Counted from the first letter of the stretch, positions 23,930 through 36,500 are shown. The stretch: DNA of 64,000 bases from Selaginella moellendorffii (GCF_000143415.4 NW_003314261.1:4566691-4630690); one strand, 5' to 3'. Notes: generated by a model from the letters alone, not told the origin. Translations and numbers: made by a program.

Positions 23930-25774
23930 TCAACATATGGAATTGTGCCATGGTTTTGAGTTTTTTCTTCCTTTCTCGACTTCTCCAAACTTTTTAACGC
24001 GAACGCACCCACCTTCTTCGGGGCTCGTCAGAAGGCTTGTCCAGTCCAGAGATGTCGGAACAAACGGCATGCTCGCAATCAAGTCTCGGGCTTGATCAAA
24101 GCGCCCAGCTCTGCTAAGAGCGTCCACCATGCAGCTGTAATGCTCCTTTCTAGCTTTTAGCTCGTAATCCATCACCATCGAAACGAAGCAGGATCTCCCT
24201 CTCTCCACTTCTCCACTTCGAGCGCAAGCCGTGAGAAGCAGCAAATGGCTCGTCTCGTCGGGGCACACAGCCGCGATCTTCATTCTTGCCAGCAATTCCA
24301 AAGCGCTGGAGCAGCGGCCCCTGGACGCGTAGCCAGTGAGGAGAGCGTTCCACGAGATTACATTGGGCTGAGACATCGAATCAAACAGCCCGCGAGCCCT
24401 TTCCAGGTGCCCGTTCTGGGCATATGCCGAGAGAAGCGACGTCCACGAGACGAGATCCCTCTCGGGCATCTCGAAAAACGTTTCTACCGCCTTGGAAAGC
24501 TCCTGGGCATGGCAAAATGCTGCTAGAATTGCGTTCCAAGAAGAAACGTCGCGGCCAGGCATCAGTGCAAAGATCCGTGCTGCTTCTTCAGGATGCCTCT
24601 GTTGGGCATATGCCGAGAGAATCGTCGTGAAGGAGACCGTGCTGTGCTCGGGCATACTCTCAAACGCGCACCTCGCCTCTTCCAGATTCCCACTCTGTGA
24701 TTCTGCCGAGAGCATCGTGTTCCAAGCAGCGAGATCACGCTGCTCCATTTGTTGGAACTCGCGCTTCGCCTCGTTCAGATGCCCGGCCTGGACGAGAGCC
24801 GCGATCATCGCCGTGGAGGACTTGAGATCTTGGACCGGCATCTCGAGAAGCAAAGCCCAGGCTCGATCGATCCGGCCGGACTGCGCGAATGCCACCAGCA
24901 TCGCAGTGGCGGACGCCAAATCCACCACTGGCATCGCCTGGAAGATCTGTTTGGCCTCGTCCACTTGCCCTGCCTCCGCGTATGCGGTGATCATCGCATT
25001 CCAGGAGGAGAGATCGCGCTCTGCAAGACCATCGAATAATCTCCGAGCATCTTCCAGGTGCCCGTTCTGGGAATATGCCGTCAGCATGGCATTCCACGTC
25101 ACGTAGTTCCGTTGGGGCATCTTATCGAATATGCGCTTCGCGCCTTCCACGTGTCCGGCTTGGGCATATGCTGCGAGAAGCGTTGTGAAAGAGACGATGT
25201 CGTGCTCGGGCATCTGGTGGAAGAAATCGACCGTATTTTGGAGGCCATTGTTTAGGGCAAGCGCTGCAAGCATGGAATTCCATGAGATTTGCGTCCTGAG
25301 TGGGATTCCCTGAAAGATTCTCGTCGCTTCCCACAGATCTCCACGCTGGGCAAATGCAGATAGAAGCGTGTTCCAGGAGATTAGATTTGTCACTGGGGCG
25401 ATTTGGAAGAAGCGCTTGGCATCCTCCAGATGCCCATTCCGCACATAGGCCGCCAGCATCGAATTCCAGCAGATGGGATCGTGCTTGCAAGGCATCGCAT
25501 CGAAGACCTCCTTGGCCTGGGCTAGGTAGCCATTGTGGGAGTAAGCGCAGAGTAGGATCGACCAGGAGTAGCAGTTCTTGGATCGAATGGCATCGAAGAC
25601 CTGGCGCGCACGATCTACAGACCCACATTTCCCATACATCTCAATCAGATTGTTGGCGAGGTAGGCATCGTCCGCGATTGGAAGCAGTGACGCAATGCGA
25701 GAATGGATCACCTCCGCGGCCACGAGATCCCGGCACGATCTCACAAGGCCCAAGAACCCATCGCCCGATTGCAT
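23930..25774 (-). CDS. PLS-class pentatricopeptide repeat protein with truncated E region, no DYW
   Basis: 614-aa intronless ORF of repeated SWN-AMI-AYAQ-G motifs ending HYSCMVDALSRAG...MPF. Confidence 0.88.
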   Translation of the reverse strand: MQSGDGFLGLVRSCRDLVAAEVIHSRIASLLPIADDAYLANNLIEMYGKCGSVDRARQVFDAIRSKNCYSWSILLCAYSHNGYLAQAKEVFDAMPCKHDPICWNSMLAAYVRNGHLEDAKRFFQIAPVTNLISWNTLLSAFAQRGDLWEATRIFQGIPLRTQISWNSMLAALALNNGLQNTVDFFHQMPEHDIVSFTTLLAAYAQAGHVEGAKRIFDKMPQRNYVTWNAMLTAYSQNGHLEDARRLFDGLAERDLSSWNAMITAYAEAGQVDEAKQIFQAMPVVDLASATAMLVAFAQSGRIDRAWALLLEMPVQDLKSSTAMIAALVQAGHLNEAKREFQQMEQRDLAAWNTMLSAESQSGNLEEARCAFESMPEHSTVSFTTILSAYAQQRHPEEAARIFALMPGRDVSSWNAILAAFCHAQELSKAVETFFEMPERDLVSWTSLLSAYAQNGHLERARGLFDSMSQPNVISWNALLTGYASRGRCSSALELLARMKIAAVCPDETSHLLLLTACARSGEVERGRSCFVSMVMDYELKARKEHYSCMVDALSRAGRFDQARDLIASMPFVPTSLDWTSLLTSPEEGGCVRVKKFGEVEKGRKNSKPWHNSIC

Positions 25775-26829
25775 TGCCAGGCCATTGGCATGGTTGTTTC
25801 TGAGTTTACAGTAATCTGATCAAACTCGAGGGCTTGCGTAGCCGTTTGGCCATCGCCCCGAAACTCTCTGGGAGGGATCAAACAAAACAAAACATTGTTT
25901 TGATCCAGGCCCGGGGTTACACCGGAGATCTCTAGTGTGTGATGATGACCAACTTACTTATAACTAGTTCATTTAAAGCGACTGGCAATTTTTGTTTCTC
26001 TTAATATATAAAGCAATCTTACATGAATGCAATGCATTATTCACTTTGCCCTGGTTCCTCTTACCATCGTAATCCCAGGTATGAAAAACCATAGATCTTA
26101 ATTGGTTCATTAACGAAATGAAAAGAAAAGATTAAATCTATCACAATGTTGCAGACTTGTAATTTCGTCTAGGAGAAATTTTCATGCACACAGGTGTCAA
26201 TTCCCCAAGTAATGTAAACTCTACACCCTAAATTTTAAAGAACTTAATATAATTATGTTCAATCAATATTTCCAAATAATATTTTAGTACCAAGGAATAT
26301 TTAGTTTATATATACTGAGCTTGCAACAAATTATGAGAGAAAACCATTACCTTGAATTTTCTGTAAATGGTGGTTGTGTACTTTGGAAACCTTTCCACTG
26401 TGATTCCATCAGGCCCATGCAGTATGGAAGAAAAAGAGCTTTATAACTTATGGATAGTATGTTGCAGATCTCAAGGGTGGCAAAGCTTTCCATTTGATCA
26501 CTATCATCTTTGTATTTCATCTACAAATTCACATACAAGGTGGTCGAATTAGAACCCTCCAAACTTCTAGTATTCTCTCTCACTAGATGATGTCCTCCAA
26601 ATTACTCTTGTTAGATTTTTTTATGCAAGAAGAACAAAATTTGTATATGCGTGGAGTAGATTTTTTAACAGAGAAGGATACTATTGGTTTGAACCTTGAG
26701 AAATATATAGACAGATCTTCTTCCGCGTGAGCAAAGTTTGTACTTGGACATGGAAAATCGCGCATCAGAATGATGGACGGAATAGAGATTTTACTTAACT
26801 TGCTCGTTTATTCATTTTATTTCTTACTT

Positions 26830-28765
26830 GGAACAATTCCTCCTGATTCCAAATTCGCGCTGGCTCCAAAAGCTTTGTCATGCAGTGGCTCTTGAGCACT
26901 TCATGGACTTTCCCTAGCAGTCTCCAGCATTGTGGTGGTCTTCTTCATCGAGCACTCGGCTTAGAGTGGAACCTCCCTATACGGACAGCAGCAGCTAGTC
27001 AGTCTTCATACCACGCTGATGGATGGACTGATCGACGAAATGGAGGAAATTCAGGACATGCAAGAGAAAGATTTGGGGAGACTAGTTTTTCCTCATTTGC
27101 TTCGTTTTGATCTCTGTTGTTTCCTCTTTCGTTTAGCTCATGAAACGACACTAGCTCCAAACGGTAAACGATATGTCTAGGAGCGTCAAGTTCGTCCCGT
27201 TGTGCGATGAGCTCCAGTCCCAGTAGTGACAGGTTGAGCGATTGCAGCGAGGTAGTTTCTGGACTGCTAAGAAGGGTCCAAGCTTTCCAAACTCTTGGAG
27301 CTGGAGAAGTTGAGAGGGTTGAGCTGCGTGTTCTTGCAACCAGCCACCGCCAGCGACTTTGGACTTTGGAAAACAAGAGTGCAACAAAAATGTCGATGAC
27401 AACACAACCAAGATATCCACCTGCACGAAATGCAAAGACAAGATTGTGTCTCGGATCTATCATAACATTGCAGCCATGTAATTTGACGACAAAAGAGCTG
27501 TTGCAAGGTAAACGAAAAAGTGTATGTGCGTGGATTCCGAGTGGATTCAAGAGATTTCTCGAAGCTTGACAAATATATGGAAGTTTGTTTGCTCGTTTGT
27601 TCGCTTTATATATTCTCTGTAGCGAGAGGTCCAGGCGGAAGGTGGTTCCAGATGGAAAGAAGAAATTAAACCTAGAAAGAGCGATGGCCTTGCAGTCTCC
27701 ACTCATTTTTTTGGACTGGTGGTCTTTCTCCACACTTCGATGCCAAGACCAAGGGAGAGAAAAACCAGAATCCTGGACGAGTCCAAGATCTAGGAGACGA
27801 GATTTACTCTTGCAGGTTCTCTGGCTTGATACCGGTTTGAAGTGACATTCAAGACTCAGACAAAATCTTTGGAGAAGTAGTTCAAGGAGCATCCAGACGA
27901 GTTATCCCATGCCCACGTGGCTCTAGCTACTTGCGACACGTGTCTGTTCCATCAACCCTAACTCACATGCCCTAAGGGGAGAGCTTGAAACATGGCCAAC
28001 TTAATCGTGGTCTATAGGCCCTCCATAGCTAGCCCGTAAATCTAAACCTTTGTTTGTGGCTCTCTGTCTCGGGCTTGATCAAAGCGCCCAGCTTTGCTGA
28101 GAGCGTCCACTAGCTTTTAGCACCATCGAAACGAAGCAGGATCTCCCTCTCTCCACTTCTCCAGTTCAAGCGCAGTGACGAGATTAAATTGGGCTGAGAC
28201 ATCGAATCAAACAGCCAACGAGCCCTTTTCAGGAAGATCTGTGGATTCCGGATGATCACACCACTCTTGCTATTTCCAGCGCTTAGAGCCGAGAGTTTGC
28301 ATAGCCCGTGCAAACTTGGTGGCAAACCGAGGAAATATCTACGCTAAACCTGTCCAGGTGCGTCAAGTTCGCCATCTCCCCAAAAGTTTCTGGGATGGAG
28401 CCGCTGAGTCCATGTGCGAGAGCTCCAGTGCCTCCGGTCCCATGGAAACGCTCCCAGTTGATGGAAAAGTGCAGCCTAAGAAGTTCCAAGCTTTCCAGCC
28501 TCTTGAGGCTGGAATTGAAGCTTGAGCTGCGTGTTTTTGCAACCACCAGCAAGGAGTGATTTGTGTTTTTCAATATACATAGATTTGCTTACATGAATGC
28601 ATTCACTTTACTTTGGTTCCTCTTGATCTTCATCATTAGGGTATAGATCTTAATGGTTCAAGATGTGTACTTGCATGAAATGAAAAAAAAAAGAATCACA
28701 ATGTTGCAGACTCGTATTTTCGTCTAGGAGAAATCTCCTCATGCTTAATTTATGCACACAGGTGT
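26830..28765. pseudogene. Collage of short, internally deleted fragments of the neighbouring DHAR, LRR-RLK and PPR genes
   Basis: About 26830-27165 and 27820-27905 match DHAR exons; 27170-27350 and 28270-28560 match LRR coding sequence (minus strand); 28065-28230 match PPR 24085-24410; 28570-28765 match 26000-26200. Confidence 0.75.
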
Positions 28766-29399
28766 GACAAAACCTCAGGGGTGAGGTCAGGAGCCCTACT
28801 ATTGCTGAAGCTGTGAGATCCAATACATAAGCATGGAGATTCTCTCTGGGAGTGGGATTTTATTTATAAATCAAATTTATAGGTGTTTATCTAATACAAG
28901 AGAAAGGATTATACTAATAATATTGTTTGCTACTTTAAATAAGTTAAACTGAACATTAATGAAAACTTGCCTTTAAAGCTCTTTATGTAATATAATCATG
29001 TTCATTTACCTTTTATTTATAAATAATAAAGGTAGTGTTCAAACTTATCGAGATCTTTAGTTGCTTTTAGTTATTAGTAATAATTTTTGCTACTTTATTC
29101 AAGTCAAATTAATAAAATTTTCGTAAGATAACAAAATTACAATATATGCCAATTACTGGTGCCCTAAAAACCGGTGTTTTTATTGTTTAACAGTAAGTAA
29201 AACAAAATAAATAAAATAGTGGTATCCAAATGCGACTTAGCAGAAGTTAAATCCCAAGAGCTAGAAGACCATTTTCATGAGTTATTATGCTCATACTACT
29301 TTTATAATCTTGCTCTCAAAAAACTTATGGTCAATTGAAATGTTTCTTTCAACCATCAAGAACTTCATTCCCACATTTAAGATATTGCTTCTTCCAATT

Positions 29400-29873
29400 C
29401 TAATGTAGTGAACTTTTCCCTAGTGCTGAATGAGATATGTGAGTGGTACAAGGAAATACACACTGAAATAGTTTAAAACATTGTTGTAGGATTTTGGGAT
29501 ACAAATTCCAGTACAACATGTTGGCTATAGCATTGACTAGGGAAGTGAGATTTCACTCATACGCTAAGCACATTGAGTAGAGGTTCCACTTCATTTCAGA
29601 TCAAATCAACAATAGAACCATCAACTTGGAATTTTACCCAACCACCTCAATGGTCACTGATATCCTATTGAAGCCCCTATCTTGAGTGAAATAGGAAGTC
29701 TTCCTTAAATCTCTCTATTTGATTGACAGTGCAAGCCTTGAGGAGTGTGGAGACAAGTGACAATGTTAACAAACAAGTTAAGTTCACCAAATGCCAAGCA
29801 TCACCCATACCATTACATACATAATCATACAAGTCCACAGAGCATTCCACACACAAAAATCTAGACATCTACA
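29400..29873 (+). mobile_element. Ty1/copia 3' remnant (RNase H piece, PPT, short LTR about 29745-29873)
   Basis: Inverted homologue of 29880-30370: RFHFI..QINNRTINL-like text, gccttgaggag PPT, then TGTGGAGACAAG...CATCTACA. Confidence 0.75.
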
Positions 29874-31439
29874 ATCATTTGTAGATATGTGTTTTTGTGT
29901 GTGGAATGCTCTGTCAACTTCATTGCTTTGGTATGGTTATGTACATAATAGTATGGGTGTGACACTTGGCGGTTGGTGTCTTGGATGAATGACTTGTCTT
30001 CTTTGCTGATGTGGAGACTTGTCATCACTTGTCTCCACACTCCTCCTCAAGGCTTACATCATCAGTCAAATGGAGTGATTTGAGGAAGAGTTCATGCTTC
30101 ACTCAAGGCAAGGACTTTGTTAGGATATCAGCAACCATTGAGCTGGTTGAACAGAATTGCAGGTTGATTGTTCTATTGTTGACTTGATCCCAGATGAAAT
30201 GAAACCTCCAGTGAAATCTCATATCCCGAGTCAACGCTATTGCCAACATATTGTCGCAGTAGAGTTTGATTGCTGGAATTTGAATCCCAAGGTCCTGCAG
30301 CAATGTCTTAAGCCAGATGGCCTCTTTCGCTACTGCTATAGCTGTGATGTATTCAGATTTGCATGAGGACATTGCAGTGATCTATTGCCTCGTGGAACAC
30401 CAACTAACCATGTTATGGTTATACATGAAGACATACCCTGAGGTGGATTTTCTGTCATCTAGATCTCCTACCCAGTCTGCATTTGTGAATCCCACCAGGT
30501 TGTTGTCTCCATCTCCTCTTGCATATTTCAGTGTGAATTTCCTTATGCCACTCACATACCTCATGATCCGCTTCACAGCGGCCCAATGTGAGGGTGATAG
30601 ATTGTCCAAGAACTTTGAGACTGCTCCCACACTGAATGCAAGGTTAGGCTTAGTTGAGACCATCAAGTAGATGAGGGCTCCTGACTATTGAATGGTACAG
30701 TCATGGGCTTGAGTGGTGCCGGAGGGGCCACCCAGGGAAGTGCTCAAGAGCAGCTCCCACTCCCGAAAGGGAAACCGACTGCGGTGCTCCCAACTCATGT
30801 GGAGTGGTGCCCCACGTGAGTACCTTGTGGCTCATTGGTCCTCGCCCTTCCTAAGGGCTTGGGCCTTCCCTTCGGGATGGAAGTGAGGGGGTAGAGGTAC
30901 CCATACCGGGCCGTTAGGCCATGGTGTTTCGCCCCGACGTCCCGAAGCAAGTGCTGCACCCAAGGCTTGGGATTTAGAGGGTCCCATGATCAAGTCTTGT
31001 GGTACCAAGGGGTGTTAGGAATCTGGAGGCTTGGTGTGCTTGGCTGCTTGTGCCTGCGGGGAGTGTAGCCGAACCTTAAGTCCAGTCTAACCCGGGGAGG
31101 GGGATTGGGAGAGATTTGGGAATCCATAGATGGATGGCTAACACTCCATTGCTCGTGTAGTGAGTAGTTGAAACCAAGTAGGACCAAGTAGGAGCTGGTA
31201 CCATAGGCGAGAAGCTGTGAGACACAAAATCCCTAAGCCCCAAAGTGGAGCCGGAAGGGCGCCACATGGTAGTGGCCGAAGCGAGAGCCAAACGAGCGTA
31301 ACACGTTTGGACCAAAAGCTCCGACTTGAAAAGTCAAGAGCGGGAGTGGAACTCCCAACGAAGTGCTCAAGGAACGAGCACAAAGCGAGCAAAAGGCGAG
31401 GCTCCAAAAAGGGACCCAAAAGGACCAACACATGACACG

Positions 31440-31957
31440 TGGGAGTGTCCGAGATGGACTCGAGTTGGAGTCCGAAGTGGAGTCCGAGATGGACTTGAGT
31501 TGGAGTCCGAAGTGGAGTCCGAGATGGAGTCCGAGATGGAGTCCGAGATGGACCCGAGGTGGAGTCCGAGATGGAGTCCGAGATGGAGTCCGAGATGGAG
31601 TCCGAGGTGGACCCAAGATGGACCCGAAATGGAGTCCGAGATGGAGTCCGAGATGGACCCGAGATGGAGTCCGAGATGGAGTCCGAGATGGACCCGAGAT
31701 GGACCCGAGGTGGAGTCCGAGATGGAGTCCGAGATGGAGTCCGAGATGGACCCGAGGTGGAGTCCGAGATGGAGTCCGAGATGGAGTCCGAAGTCAAGAC
31801 CGAGACCGGGACCGAGACCGGGACCGAGACCGAGACCGAGACCGAGATCGGGACCGAGACCGAGACCGAGGCCGAGGCCAAGACCGAGCCCGAGCCCGAG
31901 TCCGAGCCCGAATCCGAGTCCGAGTCCGAGTCCGAGTCCGAGTCCGAGTCCGAGTCC
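31440..31957. repeat. Tandem array of 12-bp (GGAGTCCGAGAT) and 6-bp (CCGAGA/CCGAGT) units in element B 5' LTR
   Basis: Directly visible; produces low-complexity ORFs (MESE/SPRW/GVRD). Confidence 0.95.
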
Positions 31958-33043
31958 AGAATATGCTAAAGAGACATACTAGGGGTGAACATCCTCCGGA
32001 CTTGGCAAAGAAGAGTCTTTGCTATGGAACCGAAAGGATACCTCAAAAATGGAGGTAGCGATCCGATGTTGCTGGGTGCAACAATCAAGGATAGGAGCAA
32101 AGGACTAGTGGCCAAAGTTTGGGCCATGGAATTTAATGGAAGGGATCCAAATGGCAAAGTTAGCCAAGGAACACTAATGTGTTCGATGCTAACAGCTTGT
32201 GGGAAAGGAAGCGGACTTTCAAGGATGGATTCCTAAGTGCTCCAATTTGGCGAAGTAAAGGCTCCAAGTGAGGGAGCGGTAAGGTAGCCAAATGATAGGG
32301 CCATGGACAGCCCTAGCACAAAGTATGATAAATGGAACTTAGTGCCCAAGGTGGCACGAAATAGAAGAGAGGATGATGGTGCCCTCAAGTAATGAACTTC
32401 CTAGGATAGGGAAGTGGAGTTGCACAATCTGTGCAATGCAAGGTGTTGGAGACACTTAGGAAATTGACTCCCAAAAAGTCAAAAGAGTAAAAGTTCCAAG
32501 GTGCAAACATTCAATAGATGGAAATTGAGATTACTCGAGAAGGAGTAGTGGGATTGACTTAGAGAAGGGTCTCTAAGAGGTTTAGCGAGAACTAAACCAA
32601 TAAAAGGAGAGAACCATTACATGTGGTCCAATCAGTCTCTAAGTTGGAGAGACTACGCTTCTTAAAGGATGGACAAGGCATGGTGAGCCTTTGGTGTCAA
32701 ACCATAGACAAAGATTGGCTAGGTGCCAAGGATGGAAATGGTAACACGTGTGGGTGTTACTTTATGAAATGGTTTACCGTTCGATGAGGACATCGAACTT
32801 CGTCTATGGGTGGTGGAGTTGTGAGACACAAAATCCCTAGGCCCCAAAGTGGAGCCGGAAGGGCGCCACATGGTAGTGGCCGAAGCGAGAGCCAAACGAG
32901 CGTAACACGTTTGGACCAAAAGCTCCGACTTGAAAAGTCAAGAGCGGGAGTGGAACTCCCAACAAAGTGCTCGAGGAACGAGCACAAAGCGAGCAAAAGG
33001 CGAGGCTCCAAAAAGGGACCCAAAAGGACCAACACATGACACG

Positions 33044-33545
33044 TGGGAGTGTCCGAGATGGACTCGAGTTGGAGTCCGAAGTGGAGTCCGAGATGGACTT
33101 GAGTTGGAGTCCGAAGTGGAGTCCGAGATGGAGTCCGAGATGGAGTCCGAGATGGACCCGAGGTGGAGTCCGAGATGGAGTCCGAGATGGAGTCCGAGGT
33201 GGACCCAAGATGGACCCGAAATGGAGTCCGAGATGGAGTCCGAGATGGACCCGAGATGGAGTCCGAGATGGAGTCCGAGATGGACCCGAGATGGACCCGA
33301 GGTGGAGTCCGAGATGGAGTCCGAGATGGACCCGATGTGGAGTCCGAGATGGAGTCCAAGATGGAGTCCGAAGTCGAGACCGAGACTGGGACCGAGACCG
33401 GGACCGAGACCGAGACCGAGACCGAGATCGGGACCGAGACCGAGACCGAGGCCGAGGCCGAGACCGAGCCTGAGCCCGAGTCCGAGCCCGAATCCGAGTC
33501 CGAGTCCGAGTCCGAGTCCGAGTCCGAGTCCGAGTCCGAGTCCGG
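33044..33545. repeat. Same 12-bp/6-bp tandem array in element B 3' LTR
   Basis: Copy of 31440-31957 with small unit-number differences. Confidence 0.95.
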
Positions 33546-36500
33546 AGCCTGAGAGGGTGAAAGCCCAAAGCGTTCGTCTCCCAGACCCTGGGGGTTTTGG
33601 TGAGCTCCAAAAGTATAGTAGGGGGGAGGACTGCAGTGGAGCCAGTTTGGCCAGGAAAGGCCAGTTTGGCCCAGGAAGGCCAGACCCAGTGTTGGGTGAT
33701 GAGCTGCCCACTGGGAAGTCCAAGACTAGAGTGAACATAGACCGACAAGCGGGGTAGCTTGGTGAAGTGTTCAAGAGCCGGCTGTAGTTCCCCCGGGAGA
33801 TCGACTGGCCGATGCTCCCAGTCCAAGTGTGGGTGGCACTACCTACTTGGATACCTGGTGTGGCTCAACGGAACCCGCTCTAAGCCCATGGCTAGAGCAC
33901 CCAAGGGCAGAAGGCGAGGAGAGTACCCAGGTGGCTCGCTTAAGGCCACGGTGTTCCGAAATGTCGTCCCAAAGGCCCAGACTGTGGAAAGGAAGAGGAG
34001 CAGTCCTCTGGAGTAGTGACCAAGGACACAGTCGTGTGGTGAGGAAGTCCTAGAGGACCGTGGGACTTAGGGGTCGGGCCTGTGGGCCTCGATCCAGTGG
34101 CAGTGTTGGCAAACACGGCCAGGGGCAGAAAGGGACTTGGTAGGAACTGACAAAGGGACTTTGGGGAAGGTACTTCCCCAGGTCTGTGGGCATCCTAAGG
34201 ATGCTAAGGAGTGGATCTAGGATGACCACTCGTGGACACATGGCCCAGTCGTGGAGAGACGAGGTGGTGATGCAAGTGGTGTTGAACCACTAGTACAGCA
34301 AAGGTGAATGGGCATGGCCTTAGCGTAACGGGCCGAGACGTCAGTGGTACCTTTGGGTGTCGGTCTCAAGACCGGACACGTGGAGCACTGGGACCAGGTG
34401 CAAGTGTGGAGTGGCATGGATGCCATTCTTGGGGCTAGTAAGTCCCAAGTCCTGAATTGGAATGATGGAGGTTGTGAATGAGACTCCTCCAAGTGGTCGG
34501 AGGTGTGGTTAAGTGACTAAAGTAGAATGGAAAATTTAGTCGCTTACAGAAGCTTGGCGAGGGAACTTAGCACAAGCCAAGGCAGAGTTGGTCGGATAGA
34601 CGAGGTAAGCTGGCAAATTGGAAAGGAAAAATTTGTGGCATACAATTTGGTATCGGAGCCTTTTCCTCAGTTCTAGCAAAGGAAAGAGGCGGATTGCTGG
34701 GAGATGGCAAGGGCAGGGCATAAGCGAACCTAGGTGGAGACGGAACCTCCGCCAGAGTTAGAGCCTCCGGTTGAACAAGAGGCTATGGATGAGGAATCCT
34801 TGCATAAGGAGGACTCTAGTGAGGAAACTTCCAAACAAGAGTCCAGTGGTGAGGTTCAGTTATCCAAGGCTCGATTGGACGTTCTAGAAGGACAATTGGC
34901 GCAGACCAATGCCCTACTGGAGACTCTCGTACGCAAGCTAAAGCGTGATGAGAAGCAGAAGAAAAAGAGAAAGACTGCGGATGCTGGCAGCGCAGAAGGT
35001 GCGGACCCTTCGGCAGGGACTGAGGCAAAACCAAACAAGGTCGAACAGACCGAAGTGGAATCAGTCCCTCAGGTAGTTCCCAAGTACAAACCAAAGCCCC
35101 CACCGGTCTTCAAGGGAGTGAACGACTATAAGGTGGTGGAGGATTGGTTTTACGATATGGAGGACTACTTCCGAGCATTGTGATTACCGAGCTCGGAGAA
35201 GGTCCCATGTGCAAAACCATACTTGGCAGATAATGCCAAGTCTTGGTGGAGAACGACAGAGGCCAACGAAGGACCGGTGGCCACTTGGGAAATGATGAAG
35301 GCAAGGATCCGCGCAACTTACGTTCCTCCGAATGCTACTTTGCATCTAAGGGACGAGCTGAGTAGGCTGAAGCAGACCGGAACCATTAAGGAGTATGTGA
35401 ATGGGTTTATGGCAAAGAGGATACTTGTCACAGACATGGGGGATATGGATGCGTTCCATGCCTTCATATAAGGTTTGCAAACCTGGGCTCACGGTGAGGT
35501 GATGCGGTGGAACCCGACCAACTACAAGGAAGCGTTGGATGCGGCCATCAAGGTGCATTTCAACGATAACCTGCAAAAGGGGAACACGACGGGGTCGGGA
35601 TCCACGTTTAGCAAAGGGGCCAAACCAAGGGGAACGTTTAGCAGAGGGAAATTCAAGAAGAGTTTCTCTAAGAATGAGTCCTCGGGGTTCCGGAAAGGCA
35701 AATCCGGTGGCCAACGAGCGAGTACGTGGGGGAGTCAAGCAAAAAGAGACAAACCCACGGATAAGAAGGTCAAGTCTTATAGCAGCGTGGGAAACAACGT
35801 ATGCTACAACTGCGGTGAAGCGGGACACTTTTCAAGGGAATGTCCCTACCCGAAGAAGGCCAGAGCCAATATGGCCATCAAGTCGGGTGAAGTCCAAACT
35901 GAGGTATGTGATCCAGTCCCTAACTCAAAGTTACTCATTACACGAGCAACTTTGGTAGAAAGTCATTCGCGACATCTACTAGCCCTTCGGGGGAAGCTCG
36001 GAGGTAGCTTTGTTAAGATCCTTATTGACACGGGTGCTTTGGATAATTTTGTGGCTGCAGACATAGTCCGGCAAGCCGGACTAACGGTGCAGTAGCTAGG
36101 CGAACCAAGGACTATAGAGTTTGTTCAAGGTAGCCAAAGCACCGATAAGGTACTTCGACAAGCGAGAGTCGAAGTAGGGACATGGAAAGTGGACATGGAT
36201 TTCACTGTGTTAGACATGGCGGGATTTGACATGATCTTCGGAATGGACTGGTTCAATCAGTTTGTGGTAGCCCTGCATGGACAAGGTAGAAACCTTGTGG
36301 TACTGGCGAATGCCCAAGGAAGAAGATCCAGGGTGGAGGCCCAGGATCTCAAGGTAGGGCAAAGCAAGGCCAAAGAATCTTGCTTAAACCTGGTGTCCAC
36401 GAGAGGACAACTCACTAAAGGAACTAAGGCAGCATTTTTGTGCTTACTCACGGTGAAGAGTGATAACAAGACAGGAACGGAAGAAGTACCTTGCTTGATC

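Larger units (their letters stand above)
31216..34548 (+). mobile_element. Internally deleted LTR element (B) inserted in the 5' LTR of element A
   Basis: TG...CA ends flanked by TSD GAAGC (31211-31215 and 34549-34553); the empty site is seen in A's 3' LTR (ccataggcgaGAAGCttggcg, about 40942-40965); partial 5' LTR 31216-31957 matches 3' LTR from 32820; PPT identical to A's. Confidence 0.9.

Noticed and set aside
28283-28573. LRR fragment as the other half of the copia-interrupted copy at 43352-43900
   Set aside because: It overlaps the same LRRs already present at 43352-43550, so it is an independent fragment, and no matching TSD links them.
28764-29230. Possible additional LTR (TGTGACA start, TGGTATC near 29220)
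   Set aside because: No second copy, clear CA end or TSD in the window.
31138-33826. Long low-complexity ORFs (SPRW, RD, MESE, LGLG repeats) resembling protamine or SR proteins, and a CRISPR-like look
   Set aside because: They arise in all frames from stop-free 6/12-bp tandem units inside LTRs; no unique spacers and no evidence of coding.
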